Shown here: one piece after another, positions 14,048-28,606 of the stretch
Layout: the number at the start of each line of letters is the position of its first letter
How positions within the stretch are numbered: position 1 is the first letter of the stretch
Assembly: GCA_002269645.1 (NCBI GenBank)
Contig: NIVC01002608.1
Span: forward strand, 1 to 64,000
DNA: 64,000 nucleotides
Direction: 5' to 3'
DNA from: Macrostomum lignano
Lineage: Eukaryota
Position numbers and translations under genes: made by a program
Notes under the pieces: generated by a model
What the model saw: only the letters and a program-made list of their open reading frames with translations
The model's database searches: none
Told to the model about the DNA's origin: nothing

Positions 14048-15004
14048 ATGGGCGATGAAGTCCGACAGCCAGACTCTCTGCTGCAACTCATCGCTGACGT
14101 CATCTCAGAGCAGACAGCCGAAGACTGCAGGCGGCAGCTCCAAGACGCCTCACGACACCTCAGGATGCCTCTGACGGGACTGGCCGTCGTGTCCGTGGCG
14201 GCAGCTCGACATCCTGAGTTCGCCGCCTTCGCCGCGAGGTTCGAGTCGCTCTCGGGCTGCGCGGACGCCGTCCGGACAGCCGAGCGCGGCTTCTTCCGCG
14301 ACGCCGCCAGCCCGGAGCGGCTCGTCTGCTTCCACTGCACCGCCGAATGCTCAGGGAGTCCGACGGCCGCCGCCACCGCTGAGCACCGCGACGGCTGCGC
14401 GCTGTCGAGGCTCGACCGCCTTCTCGGCCAGCCTAGCAACGGTTGCCTAGCAACGGAGGCAGCCAGAGCCGAAGCCACGCTGCGACAGCTGAGGCAGCTG
14501 CTGGCCCGGCCGGCGGTGCCGCTCGCCGAGTCCTTCGGCTTCCAGCGAAACCTGCTGGCCTGGGCGCTCGCCCGCAACCTGCTGGGTCCGGACGGCGGCG
14601 CGCCGGCCGACAGGACCGGCCACCTGCTGCGGCTCGCCAACCTGTGCGAGGCCGTCTTCCGACAGTCCGCCCACCTGCTGCGCCGGCCGCCGCTCGAATC
14701 GCTGCTGCTGGCGGCCGCCACTGACGCATCCGACGGTCCCTCGGCTGCTCCAGCAGCTGATGAGGCGCCGCTCCGCTCACCGCAGCGCGCAGCCTCCCCG
14801 CCGCCGCCAGCTGCGACCCCGGCGAGAGGCTTCCAGGTGGACGGAGACGACCGCTGCTTGACGTGCCGCGGCCGGCAGCGAAGCCGCGTCCTGCTGCCGT
14901 GCGCGCACCTCGCCGTGTGCGACGCCTGCCTTGACGGTGCCGGCAGCCGCTGCCCCGCCTGCGGAGCCGCTGCGCTGGCCTCCGTCAGGGCCTTCATCTG
15001 CTGA
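14048..15004 (+). CDS. IAP-like protein copy 1 (degenerate BIR, UBA-like, C-terminal RING), single exon, 318 aa
   Basis: HPEFAAFAARFESL...RGFF...VCFHC-x15-H-x3-C is BIR-like; ESFGFQRNLLAWAL resembles the cIAP UBA motif (EMGFSRSLV); CLTC...LLPCAHLAVCDAC...CPAC...AFIC* is an IAP-type RING at the extreme C-terminus. Confidence 0.8.
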   Translation: MGDEVRQPDSLLQLIADVISEQTAEDCRRQLQDASRHLRMPLTGLAVVSVAAARHPEFAAFAARFESLSGCADAVRTAERGFFRDAASPERLVCFHCTAECSGSPTAAATAEHRDGCALSRLDRLLGQPSNGCLATEAARAEATLRQLRQLLARPAVPLAESFGFQRNLLAWALARNLLGPDGGAPADRTGHLLRLANLCEAVFRQSAHLLRRPPLESLLLAAATDASDGPSAAPAADEAPLRSPQRAASPPPPAATPARGFQVDGDDRCLTCRGRQRSRVLLPCAHLAVCDACLDGAGSRCPACGAAALASVRAFIC

Positions 15005-15529
15005 CTTAATCGAAGTTCAACTCCTTAGAACTTTTTCTTCTTTTTTTGGACAACTAGCGTACGTTTTTTATAAAACCTTTTAGTTTGCATGCAACGCCAA
15101 CTCTAAGCAAACACCAAAAAATCCGATTTTCTGACTTCTAATTTGTACTGTCTGAGATTGACTTAAAATCACTGCCTTTCAAATGAATAATGATTTTGAG
15201 TAGTTTTTCTTTTTCCTAAGGCGTTACTTTTTACTGCAGCATTTTTACTTCTTTTAAATATTTTAAGTTGAGAATTACATGCTTTAGATTTTTTACCTCA
15301 CTGCCAGGCCAGAGCTCAATTGTCTATCAAAAGTGGTTGGTATGAGCATTGAGTCGTCTAGCTGTGCTCACGTACTCTGATGTGTGGTAAATTTTAATTA
15401 ACGCTAGTACAGACTTAGGTAAAATTTGGTATGCTGCTAGCTAGCTGTACAATTGTACAATTGTAAGTGTACGTGCGGAATTACCTCTGTAAGGGGGGCA
15501 GAGAAAAAGAGCAGAAAGGGGTTAAATGT

Positions 15530-16095
15530 TAGAGAAAGGGGGGAAATAGAGTGAGAGAGTGGGATAGAGAGAGTAGGAGATAAGGAGAGGGAGAAATGAA
15601 GAGGGAGAAATGAAGAGGCAGATAGGGAGAGTGAGATAGTAAGAGGGAGACAGGGAGGAATAGAGAGGGAGATAGGGAGAGGGAGATAGGGAGAGGGAGA
15701 CAGGGAGATTGAGAGAGAGATAGGGAGAGGGAGATAGGGAGAGGGAGATAGGGAGAATAGAGAGGGAGATAGGGAGAATAGAGAGGGAGATAGGGAGAAT
15801 AGAGAGGGAGATAGGGAGAATAGAGAGGGAGATAGGGAGAATAGAGAGGGAGATAGGGATAATAGAGAGGGAGATAGGGAGAATAGAGAGGGAGATAGGG
15901 AGAGGGAGATAGGGAGAATAGAGAGGCAGATAGGGAGAATAGAGAGGGAGATAGGGAGAGGGAGGTAGGGAGAGGGAGATAGGGAGATAGGGAGAGGGAG
16001 GTAGGGAGAGGGAGATAGGAAAGAATAGAGAGGGAGATAGGGATAGGAAGATAGGGAAGAATAGAGAGGGAGATAGGGAGGAATAGAGAGGGATT
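15530..16095. repeat. Polypurine tandem repeat (GAGAGGGAGATAGGGA(GAATA))n
   Basis: Directly visible. Confidence 0.95.
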
Positions 16096-16539
16096 TAGAG
16101 CCTGAATGCGACTTATAATTTTAACGAATTTATGCCTTCACTCACCTTGCAATATGCACAATAACTTGAAGACTTAAGAACCAGTAAAAGTTCAAGTGGC
16201 TCCTCCGTAAATACTTGTCAGATCTCTTTCAGTGTTAAATTTAGCTCAGGGCCAATACAGTAACAGCTGGGACAGAAAAATACTTTACAGGAAATACAAA
16301 TTTACTTGCTAAGTTGAGCCGAAAAAATATTTTGTTTTTATGGATGATACATTGTTGTTTTTCTGGGGCATTACTGTGTCGGCCTGACCATATTCCCTAT
16401 CCAGATCTTGTCAGGCTTACTGCTTCCGTAGCTTTAAATAGAAGCAAATAAGGTCACTCTCGAAGACACACAGGACATGTAGTCAAGAAGCTTCAACAGG
16501 GACTTCTGCACAAAAATTGGCAGTCGGGGCCAACCACCA

Positions 16540-16800
16540 AAGCACGGAGACTGTACATGCTTCTATTGGTTAGAAAGTCAAAGCCGGTGTGCACCCTGTG
16601 TGAGCGCGTGTGTGAGCGCGTGACTGCAGTATTGGCGCGCTTGTATCTGCTCAGGAGTCAGCGGACTGGCCAGAACTGCGGTCAGCACTGGAAGTAAGGG
16701 ACCGATGTCGTCGAAGGCATTTCGCCAAGGTGCCCAGCGCACGACCGCAACAAGCGCAATGCAGAAGCGCTGTCACTTGTGTAAGCTGAAGGCGCACCCA
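16540..16800 (+). mobile_element. Dispersed repeat family copy
   Basis: Similar to 1790-1975, 29648-30210 and 56265-56380. Confidence 0.55.
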
Positions 16801-16849
16801 GGATTTTAATTTGACATGTACCTATTCGTTCATACTCGTAAATATATTC

Positions 16850-17318
16850 CCTGGTGCTAAAGCCCCTGGTGCTAAAGCCCCTGGTGCTAAAGCCCTGGTG
16901 CTAAAGCCCCTGGTGCTGGTGCCCCTGGTGCTAAAGCCCCTTGGTGCTAAAGCCCCTGGTGCTAAAGCCCTGGTGCTAAAGCCCCTGGTGCTGGTGCCCC
17001 TGGTGCTAAAGCCCCTTGGTGCTAAAGCCCCTGGTGCTGGTGCCCCTGGTGCTGGTGCCCCTGGTGCTGGTGCCCCTGGTGCTGGTGCCCCTGGTGCTAA
17101 AGCCCCTTGGTGCTAAAGCCCCTGGTGCTAAAGCCCTGGTGCTAAAGCCCCTGGTGCTGGTGCCCCTGGTGCTAAAGCCCCTTGGTGCTAAAGCCCCTGG
17201 TGCTGGTGCCCCTGGTGCTGGTGCCCCTGGTGCTGGTGCCCCTGGTGCTGGTGCCCCTGGTGCTGGTGCCCCTGGTGCTGGTGCCCCTGGTGCTGGTGCC
17301 CCTGGTGCTAAAGCCCCT
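16850..17318. repeat. 15-bp minisatellite GGTGCTAAAGCCCCT / GGTGCTGGTGCCCCT
   Basis: Directly visible; generates GAKAP/GAGAP pseudo-ORFs. Confidence 0.95.
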
Positions 17319-17682
17319 GCCTCTTGTTCCCAACGTGCTTTCCTACATGGACGCTAGAATTCACTGTGCTTTCTAGCTCAATTTCTCTTAAAATGCAAAA
17401 ATTATTTATGACCTGTACTAACGCACTACAATACATGTATGTGCTAGCAGTTTTACAAGCACGTAAAATTTCCAACAGTTGATATCGATAAATCTCCTGT
17501 TATCGCTGTAATGGCTAATTTTAGCTCTTGAACACTGCCTGCACTGTGGGCTGATGCCTGCACTAATAAAATTTTACATTATAGCTACCAGTTTAAATGG
17601 CACTGCTCACAAATTCGTCGCGCAGGAATGCAAAGCGCGTGGGCGTTAATCGCAGCGGCATGTGGGAGCGAATGTTAAGGTT

Positions 17683-18236
<554 letters not shown>

Positions 18237-18329
18237 ATAAATTAAACCAACGTTTTTTGCTTTTGTCTGTTTCCTACGAGACAATCCGACCGCATGTTTT
18301 CTTGAGTATTTTTTTTCTGGCTGCTTTCA

Positions 18330-20398
<2,069 letters not shown>

Positions 20399-20894
20399 GC
20401 TGCGCTCACTGGTTGCCGTAGAAGGGCGCATGCTTGGAACCAAGGACCGCAAGACGCTGCTGTTGTAACGCCGTTGCTTTTAGTGATCCTTGTTTGATAT
20501 TCGAGCACGTTTTTGCACGAACTCTTGCAGATTTGCTGAATAAGCTTCGATTTTTAATTGGACCTACTAAATCCCTGTTGTTTAGCTACAGTGAGTACAG
20601 TACAGTAAGTGAGGTCTGCATTTGTGCATTGGCGATAAAAATAGCAGCAAATCCATTTTAATTGGGGCTGCGCGTGCATTCGCCTACGCACTAAGAAGGT
20701 GTACAAATACGGATCTGCGGATCTATATGTATATGATAGAATCACGATTTTTTAATTTTTAAATCCTTGAAGGTTAAAAATCAGATTGAGGACGTATTTT
20801 TATCTTTTAATTAAAGTTTTGTAAACAAATCCTGTTTATGCTGAGGAGATAGAGACAAAACATTTTGTCGGGTCAGGGTCGCTGAAATCTGAGT

Positions 20895-22360
20895 ACGTCA
20901 GACAGTGTGAGGAGAGAATAGGAGAGAAAAAAGAAAAAGTGAGAGAAGAGATGCAGGAAGAGACTAGAGAGGCGAGATAAGAGATGAAGGGAAAGAGAAG
21001 AGAAGAGAGATGAAGGGATAGATGAGAGAGGAGAGATGAAGGGAAAGAGAAGAGAAGAAAGATGAAGGGATAGATGAGAGAGGAGAGATGAAGGGAAAGA
21101 GGAGGGAAGAGAGATGAAGGGATGGATGAGAGAGGAGAGATGAAGGGAAAGAGGAGAGAAGAGAGATGAACGGAGAGAGGAGCGAAGAGAGATGAAGGGA
21201 GAGAGGAGAGATGAAGGGAAAGAGAAGAGAAGAGAGATGAAGGGATAGATGAGAGAGAAGAGATGAAAAGAGAGAGGAGAGAATAAAGATGAAGGGATAG
21301 ATGAGAGAGGAGAGATGAAGGGAAAGAGGAGAGAAGAAAGATGAAGGGATAGATGAGAGAGGAGAGATGAAAGGAAAGAGGAGGGAAGAGAGATGAAGGG
21401 ATAGATGAGAGAGGAGAGATGAAGGGAAAGAGGAGAGAAGAGAGATGAACGGAGAGAGGAGCGAAGAGAGATGAAGGGAGAGAGGAGAGATGAAGGGAAA
21501 GAGAAGAGAAGAGAGATGAAGGGATAGATGAGAGAGAAGAGATGAAAAGAGAGAGGAGAGAATAAAGATGAAGGGATAGATGAGAGAGGAGAGATGAAGG
21601 GAAAGAGGAGAGAAGAAAGATGAAGGGATAGATGAGAGAGGAGAGATGAAAGGAAAGAGGAGGGAAGAGAGATGAAGGGATAGATGAGAGAGGAGAGATG
21701 AAGGGAAAGAGGAGAGAAGAGAGATGAACGGAGAGAGGAGCGAAGAGAGATGAAGGGAGAGAGGAGAGATGAAGGGAAAGAGAAGAGAAGAGAGATGAAG
21801 GGATAGATGAGAGAGAAGAGATGAAAAGAGAGAGGAGAGAATAAAGATGAAGGGATAGATGAGAGAGGAGAGATGAAGGGAAAGAAGAGAGAAGAGAGAT
21901 GAAGGGATAGATGAGAGAGGAGAGATGAAGGGAAAGAGGCTAAGAGAGATGAAGGGATAGATGAGAGAGGAGAGATGAAGGGAAAGAGGAGAGAAGAGAG
22001 ATGAACGGAGAGAGGAGCGAAGAGAGATGAAGGGAGAGAGGAGAGATGAAGGGAAAGAGAAGAGAAGAGAGATGAAGGGATAGATGAGAGAGAAGAGATG
22101 AAAAGAGAGAGGAGAGAATAAAGATGAAGGGATAGATGAGAGAGGAGAGATGAAGGGAAAGAAGAGAGAAGAGAGATGAAGGGATAGATGAGAGAGGAGA
22201 GATGAAGGGAAAGAGGAGAGAAGAGAGATGAAGGGATAGATGAGAGAGGAGAGATGAAGGGAAAGAGGAGAGAAGAGAGATGAAGGGATAGATGAGAGAG
22301 GAGAGATGAAAGGAAAGAGGAGAGAAGAGAGATGAAGGGAGAGAGGAGCGAAGAGAAAGC
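20895..22360. repeat. Polypurine minisatellite with ~279-bp higher-order repeat
   Basis: Subunits contain GAGATGAAGGGA; the marker ATGAACGGAGAGAGGAGCG recurs near 21171, 21450, 21729 and 22006. Confidence 0.9.
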
Positions 22361-22891
22361 TGAGAAGAGACCCAATTTCCATTAAGCGGGACGGACTGCT
22401 TTTGCGAAATCCAAGGACCCGAGTGCCAGACCGTTCAGGGAACGCTGGAGCCACGGAAGTGACGCTCCCTCAAAAATAGGGTCGAGGCGAACCAGCCAAG
22501 GCCAGTTTGTTTCCAACTGGCCTCCAGCTGACACCCAACTGACACCCAACTGACACTCAACTGGCACCCAACTGACACCTTGATAATTATCCTTGCAGAG
22601 CAGGTAGCTACATGCAATAGAGAAGTACAATTGCTTGACAGAGATAAATATTAATATGTATTTATACAAAAATCTGTGTATTCATCTCGAACGATGGGGA
22701 AAATTATAGCTTTATGAAATGTGAAATTTAAGTTAGAAAAAAACATTGTGCGTTAGCGAGTTCAAAACTACAGGAATGCTGTAGGAATACGTGTAGCTAT
22801 CTACCAGGTATATCTAAGTTAAAATAGACGGTTTAGCATAGCACGCATGTTATTAGTAGGTAGTTATTCGTAGGTAGTTTTATAAATAAAA

Positions 22892-23650
22892 TTAAAGGAT
22901 ATTATTAAAATAAATTTCTCCGTCTGAGGCAGCACCGACTCTGGCGAACTGCTGGCTGTCCGATGGCAGAATCTGCTGCTTGGACATGAGGCTGCGGTGT
23001 CCGTTCTGGATGTACAGCTGCCTGGTGTCCTTGGGGCTGCTGTCATCCCACTTCCACAGGTGCAGCCAGTACTCTGTAAAGCTGCTGCAGTCGGTCAGCT
23101 CGATGAAGGCGTTCACTTTAGGCGTCCTGCTGACCTCCATGAGCCAGGTGAAGCTGCTGTTGAAGTCGAGGCCCCGCGTGTCCGTCACCCACATCCGCGA
23201 CGTCGCGCCGTTCATCCTGGCGCCGTCGCTGGTCCAGGCGACCCCGTCGTGCTCGACGGAGTTCCTCTGGCCGCGGGCTTCGCAGACCAGATTTTTCAGC
23301 CGCGGCCCGCGGTTGCCGGCGAAGTGCCGGTTGGCGACGAGGACGTCCAGCTCGGAGTCCACGAACAGCTCGCAGTCGGCCGGGGCCAGCGCGGGGTCGT
23401 CGGGTGGGCTGCTCAGGCTGAGCAGGTGGCAGACTCGGCTGAACAGGAACAGCGAGCAGGCGGAGCTGCGCCGGTGCCGCTGCACCACCCCGACGCCCGA
23501 CAGCGGCTGCCAGCGGGCCCGGATGACGCACTCGAGCGGGGAGGCGGCGGGAGCGGGCAGGGCCCAGGCGGCCAGGGACCGGCTGAGGCAGGGCCGCCAG
23601 ATCTGCTGCTTCCAGGAGAGATTGTTGCAGAAATTGGGAGATTAAGTTTT
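22892..23650 (-). CDS. Isolated coding exon, protein with PAN/apple-like Cys segment and LamG/ConA-like domain; upstream exons not identified
   Basis: Long frame with strong GC3 bias: LECVIRARW...SSACSLFLFSRVCHLL...DGVAWTSDGARMNGATSRMWVTDTRGLDFNSSFTWLMEV. Acceptor TATTAACAG near 23650. Domain calls are by eye. Confidence 0.55.
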
Positions 23651-24154
23651 CTGTTAATATACAGCTGCTCCAGACGGACAAATTAATTTTGAGTGCTGCG
23701 ATTTTGGAGTCAATGCCTGCTTGTTGCACTCGGCAAACGCCTCTAAACTGCATGCTCTGTAGATGGCGTTTGAGCTGGAATAGCTCGTAATTAACTCTGA
23801 TTTTTCTGTCTCTCTCTGTTTGCTTTGGATACGGGCAGAAGTGTACATTGATGGAGGAGCATTTGAAAGATAATCAATTGAATTTGTCTAAATCTAAATG
23901 CATATCAGCATTACAGGCGTTTGCCTTGGGGCTGCGCCATCCCCTCGCCAGCAACAGCTGGCCTGGAAAGCTAGTGAGAGTGGCACCTGCGATCTTCGCA
24001 CGGGCTGGAGACCCGGATCCGAAAGATTTTATCCAGATGTTCCATCAGTGAATGGCGCGGTTGACAAACGACTTCAGGCAGGCAGCTTGACCGAGCGGTT
24101 CTGATTCAAACTACATGTACAGTGTATAGTACACACTCACCAAGAATGTTCTTA

Positions 24155-25030
24155 CCACAGATTCCTCACCATAGATTCGTCACTATAGATTCCTCACCAT
24201 AGATTCCCCACCATAGATTCCTCACCATAGATTCCTTACCATAGATTCCTCACCATAGATTCCTTACCACAGATTCCTTACCATAGATTCCTCACAATAG
24301 ATTCCTTACCATAGATTCCTCACCATAGATTCCTTACCATAGATTCCTCACCACAGATTCCTTACCACAGATTCCTTACCACAGATTCCTTACCACAGAT
24401 TCCTTACCATAGATTCCTCACCATAGATGCCTCACCATAGATTCCCCACCATAGATTCCTCACCATAGATTCCCCACCATAGATTCCTCACCATAGATTC
24501 CTTACAACAGATTCCTCACCATAGATTCCTCACCATAGATTCCTCACCATAGATTTCTTACCATAGATTCCTCACCATAGATTCCTTACCACAGATTCCT
24601 TACCATAGATTCCTTACCATAGATTCCTCACCATAGATTCCTCACCATAGATGCCTCACCACAGATTCCTTACCATAGATTCCTCACCATAGATGCCTCA
24701 CCATAGATTCCTCACCATAGATGCCTCATCATAGATTCCTCACCATAGATTCCTCACCATAGATTCCTCACCATAGATTCCTTACCACAGATTCCTCACC
24801 ATATAGATTCCTTACCATAGATTCCTTACCATAGATTCCTTACCACAGATTCCTCACCATAGATTCCTCACCATAGATTCCTCACCATAGATTCCTCACC
24901 ATAGATTCCTCACCATAGATTCCTTACCACAGATTCCTCACCATAGATTCCTCACCATAGATTCCTTACCACAGATTCCTCACCATAGATTCCTTACCAT
25001 AGATTCCTCACCATAGATTCATCACCATAT
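24155..25030. repeat. 14-bp minisatellite CCATAGATTCCTCA
   Basis: Directly visible, about 60 copies. Confidence 0.97.
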
Positions 25031-26099
25031 ATAGACTCCTCATCGGTCTCTGAGGACTGGTCTACATAGTCTTTAAATTTAGCTTCATTACGTTGAAGTA
25101 AACGTTCCTATACATTGTAAATTTAACGATTTGTGCATACTGTTTTTTGTGCGACAGAGACGGCCGGCATCAGTGTCCCCAGCAGTTATCCAAAAAAATA
25201 AATAAATTCCCGTAAATTATCGAAAAAATTGGAAGAAAAAATAGCTAACAAAATAATTTCACAATCATATTCGCAGCAATTCAAAACAGTAACAGCTGGG
25301 GTAGGCATGATAAATATTGGCACGATCGATTAATATATTTTAAAGTTAGTTTAAGCAAATTTTAGCACCGACGATGACGGAATTAACACTTATTAAAAGT
25401 TAAACGAGTGATATTTATAAATATTTTCATACAGAATCGGTTTACTCAAATAAAAGTACACTTTTAATGTCAGTCAATTAACGTTTAGCAAAATTATCCA
25501 TGTGTTTTATTGGAACATGGTGACTGACAGCAAACTTTTAACTGTTTATTTGTCCTTTAGGTGATTCAAGACTAAGTTTTTATTGTAATAACGATGGGAT
25601 TGAAATTTATAATATAGCAATGGAATATAGCAATAGAATATACATGCAATGGATATATATATATCCATTACATGTTTATAAACGGTATACCTTAACTAAT
25701 AGAAAATTCTTGGGTATATTCTTGGGTATAGCTAGCTATTCTTAATTGCGATGATAACTACATAATAGTTACATGTATATATTGAACTGCAGATGTAGCT
25801 ATATAATTATTATATTGGATACTCGGTCTCGTACATCTCAAAATGCTCTCTTAAATGAATTTGATCGTAATAATATGGGTTGCTTATTGAATTAGAGAAT
25901 AGGAATGCGTTTTAACAAAAGAACTGATGATATTGCGTGCTAATAAAGTAAGGGTTGTCCCAAAGTAAAAGACGATAATTATTAATTTTAATAATATTCA
26001 TGACTGTTTTAAATTTAGCGACTGTACACGCAAGAGCCATGCAATTTTGTTTAAAATGAACACTAAAATATTGAACCTCGCAGTCGCACTTTTCGACAA

Positions 26100-28384
26100 T
26101 CAGATGGCAAATATTTCTCGTTCGCTGTGTGAACCCTTCACCAGCAGAACCACGGCGCAGAGCAGGTGGCAGAGCTATGAATTAATTAGTTTGATTAAGA
26201 ATAGATAAATTAGGACGCATTATGAATAAAAAACTGCTATAATTTAAAAGCAACAAACAATTTTGCTATTTCAGACAGGGGCGTCGCCATGGATTTTATT
26301 GTGGGGGGGGCAGGGGACAAAGCCAATAATTTATACATGTACATATACATCACTTAATTCTTACATGTACATTATTTTTCAGAATCGGTGTTGTCAGCAC
26401 TCCTTTTAGCGCCGCAGGCACTATTTTTAGTCGCCCCCTGCAGCAAAATTATTGATTTCCATAACAACGGGTGACAAGGTGGGTTGGCCGGGGGGGGGGG
26501 CACAAAGCATTGGCATGTCCTCCAGATCTTTTACTGGGGAGGACATGCCCCCCCCTTGTCCCCCCATTGGCGACGCCCTTGATTTCAGATGAAAAATCGA
26601 TCATTTTAAATTTGTTAAATTTCGTTATGATAAAAAGCGTTACGCACTACTTATATTTAAGAGTAAAAGTAGTAATATTCAGAGAAAATTTTAACTCACA
26701 CAGAGAATCACGGCGGCTACAGCGGCCAGTGGCACAGCAACCAGATATTTCTTAAATATCTTTTTCGTGCAGCTCTGAAAATTTTTTGGCGAGCATGCAG
26801 TTGAAAAGAGCCACAACCCGAAATTGTAGCGTGCATATTTAGAGTACAAGTGCACATACTTGAAGCTGTGGTAACGAATGCTGATGTATACATTTTCAAC
26901 ATTTTCATGTCGCAGGTGTGTCTGCTCACCACTGAGAATGCAGGGTGCACATCTACAGGAACCCTGACTTTCCTATTGCCCTATGCTTGATGAGTAGTCA
27001 AGAATTACACGAAATTGATGGCCCCCAGGCAGTCTAAATAATGTACATGTACAGTGCATCAGCTTCCCCAAGCCCAGACCTCAGCATAAGGCGACTTGCA
27101 GTTCGCCTTGCCATCCGCGCAGCAGGAGCTCGGACACTTGGGCGAATTTGAATCCGACTTGTCCACAGGATTGGCCTTGTACCAAGTGGTGCCGTTGAAC
27201 CAGGTGCAGCTGTTCTCAAACTGAGCTTGGGTGCTTGTCCACCAGCCGCAACAGCGCATCTGCAATTGAATCGTTTCGGAATGATTGGGTGCTAGAATGA
27301 GTGTCTGAGGCGCTAAATGAGAGTGTCCGTGGATCTCAAAATGTCGGGTGTCTCTGGCGCCACTAATGAGTTCCTGTGGATCTCAAAATGTCGGGTGTCT
27401 CTGGCGCCACTAATGAGTGTCTGTGGATCTCAAAATGTCGGGTGTCTCTGGCGCCACTAATGAGTGCCTGTGGATCTCAAAATGTCGGGTGTCTCTGGCG
27501 CCACTAATGAGTTCCTGTGGATCTCAAAATGTCGGGTGTCTCTGGCGCCACTAATGAGTGTCTGTGGGACCAACATTAGCGTCTTTGATCTCAAAACGAG
27601 TGTCTGTGATTCCAAAATGATTGTCTGTGGCGCCAAAATGAGTGACAGAGGCACCAAATAAGTCTCTGGGGTATGATCTAAGAACCCTTGATTATCTAAA
27701 GGTTTTCCAGGCGATGGTGTCCTTACAAATTAAAATTTAAACTTCGACGCAATGACGAAAAAGCTTTTGTGGTGCTCTGCATAGGGTACACAGGTGGCGC
27801 AAATGAAGGCGGCAGTACAGTATGCATTGCAGCGCAGCGATGTAGCGAGCAGTCCTGACCGTTCCGTTGAGCCGCATGGCGTACAGCTGCCTTGACTTAT
27901 TCATAGTCTGTCTTAGTGTCTGTATTAGTGTCTGCCTTAGTGTCTGCCTTAGTGTCTGCCTTAGTGTCTGCCTTAGTGTCTGTCTTAGTGCCTGTCTTAG
28001 TGTCTGTATTAGTGTCTGTCTTAGTGTCTGTCTTAGTGTCTATCTTAGTGTCTGCCTTAGTGTCTGTCTTAGTGTCTGTCTTAGTGTCTGTCTTAGTGTC
28101 TGTCTTAGTGTCTGTCTTAGTGTCTGTCTTAGTGTCTGTCTTAGTGTCTGTCTTAGTGTCTGTCTTAGTGTCTTAGTCTCTTAGTGTCTGTCTTAGTGTC
28201 TGTCTTAGTGCCTTAGTGTCTGTCTTACTGTCTTAGTCTCTTAGTGTCTGTCTTAGTGTCTTAGTGTCTGTCTTAGTGTCTGTCTAAGTTTCTGTCTTAC
28301 TGTCTTAGTCTCTTAGTTTCTGTCTTAGTGTCTGTCTTAGTGTCTTAGTGTCTGTTTTAGTGTCTGTCTTAGTCTGTCTGTCTA

Positions 28385-28419
<35 letters not shown>

Positions 28420-28440
28420 GCATGTCTGTCTGTCTGTCTG

Positions 28441-28504
<64 letters not shown>

Positions 28505-28527
28505 GCATGTCTGTCTGTCTGTCTGCA

Positions 28528-28606
<79 letters not shown>

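Noticed and set aside
14441-14453. RFX X-box-like GTTGCCTAGCAAC
   Set aside because: Lies inside coding sequence within a small local duplication; no evidence of a regulatory role
14032-14997. Long antisense ORFs overlapping the IAP, NSD and Gypsy coding regions
   Set aside because: Expected shadow ORFs of GC-rich coding DNA; recognisable domains are on the other strand
23898-24100. Possible upstream exon of the LamG-like gene
   Set aside because: No frame with convincing protein features, a start codon or a well-supported donor
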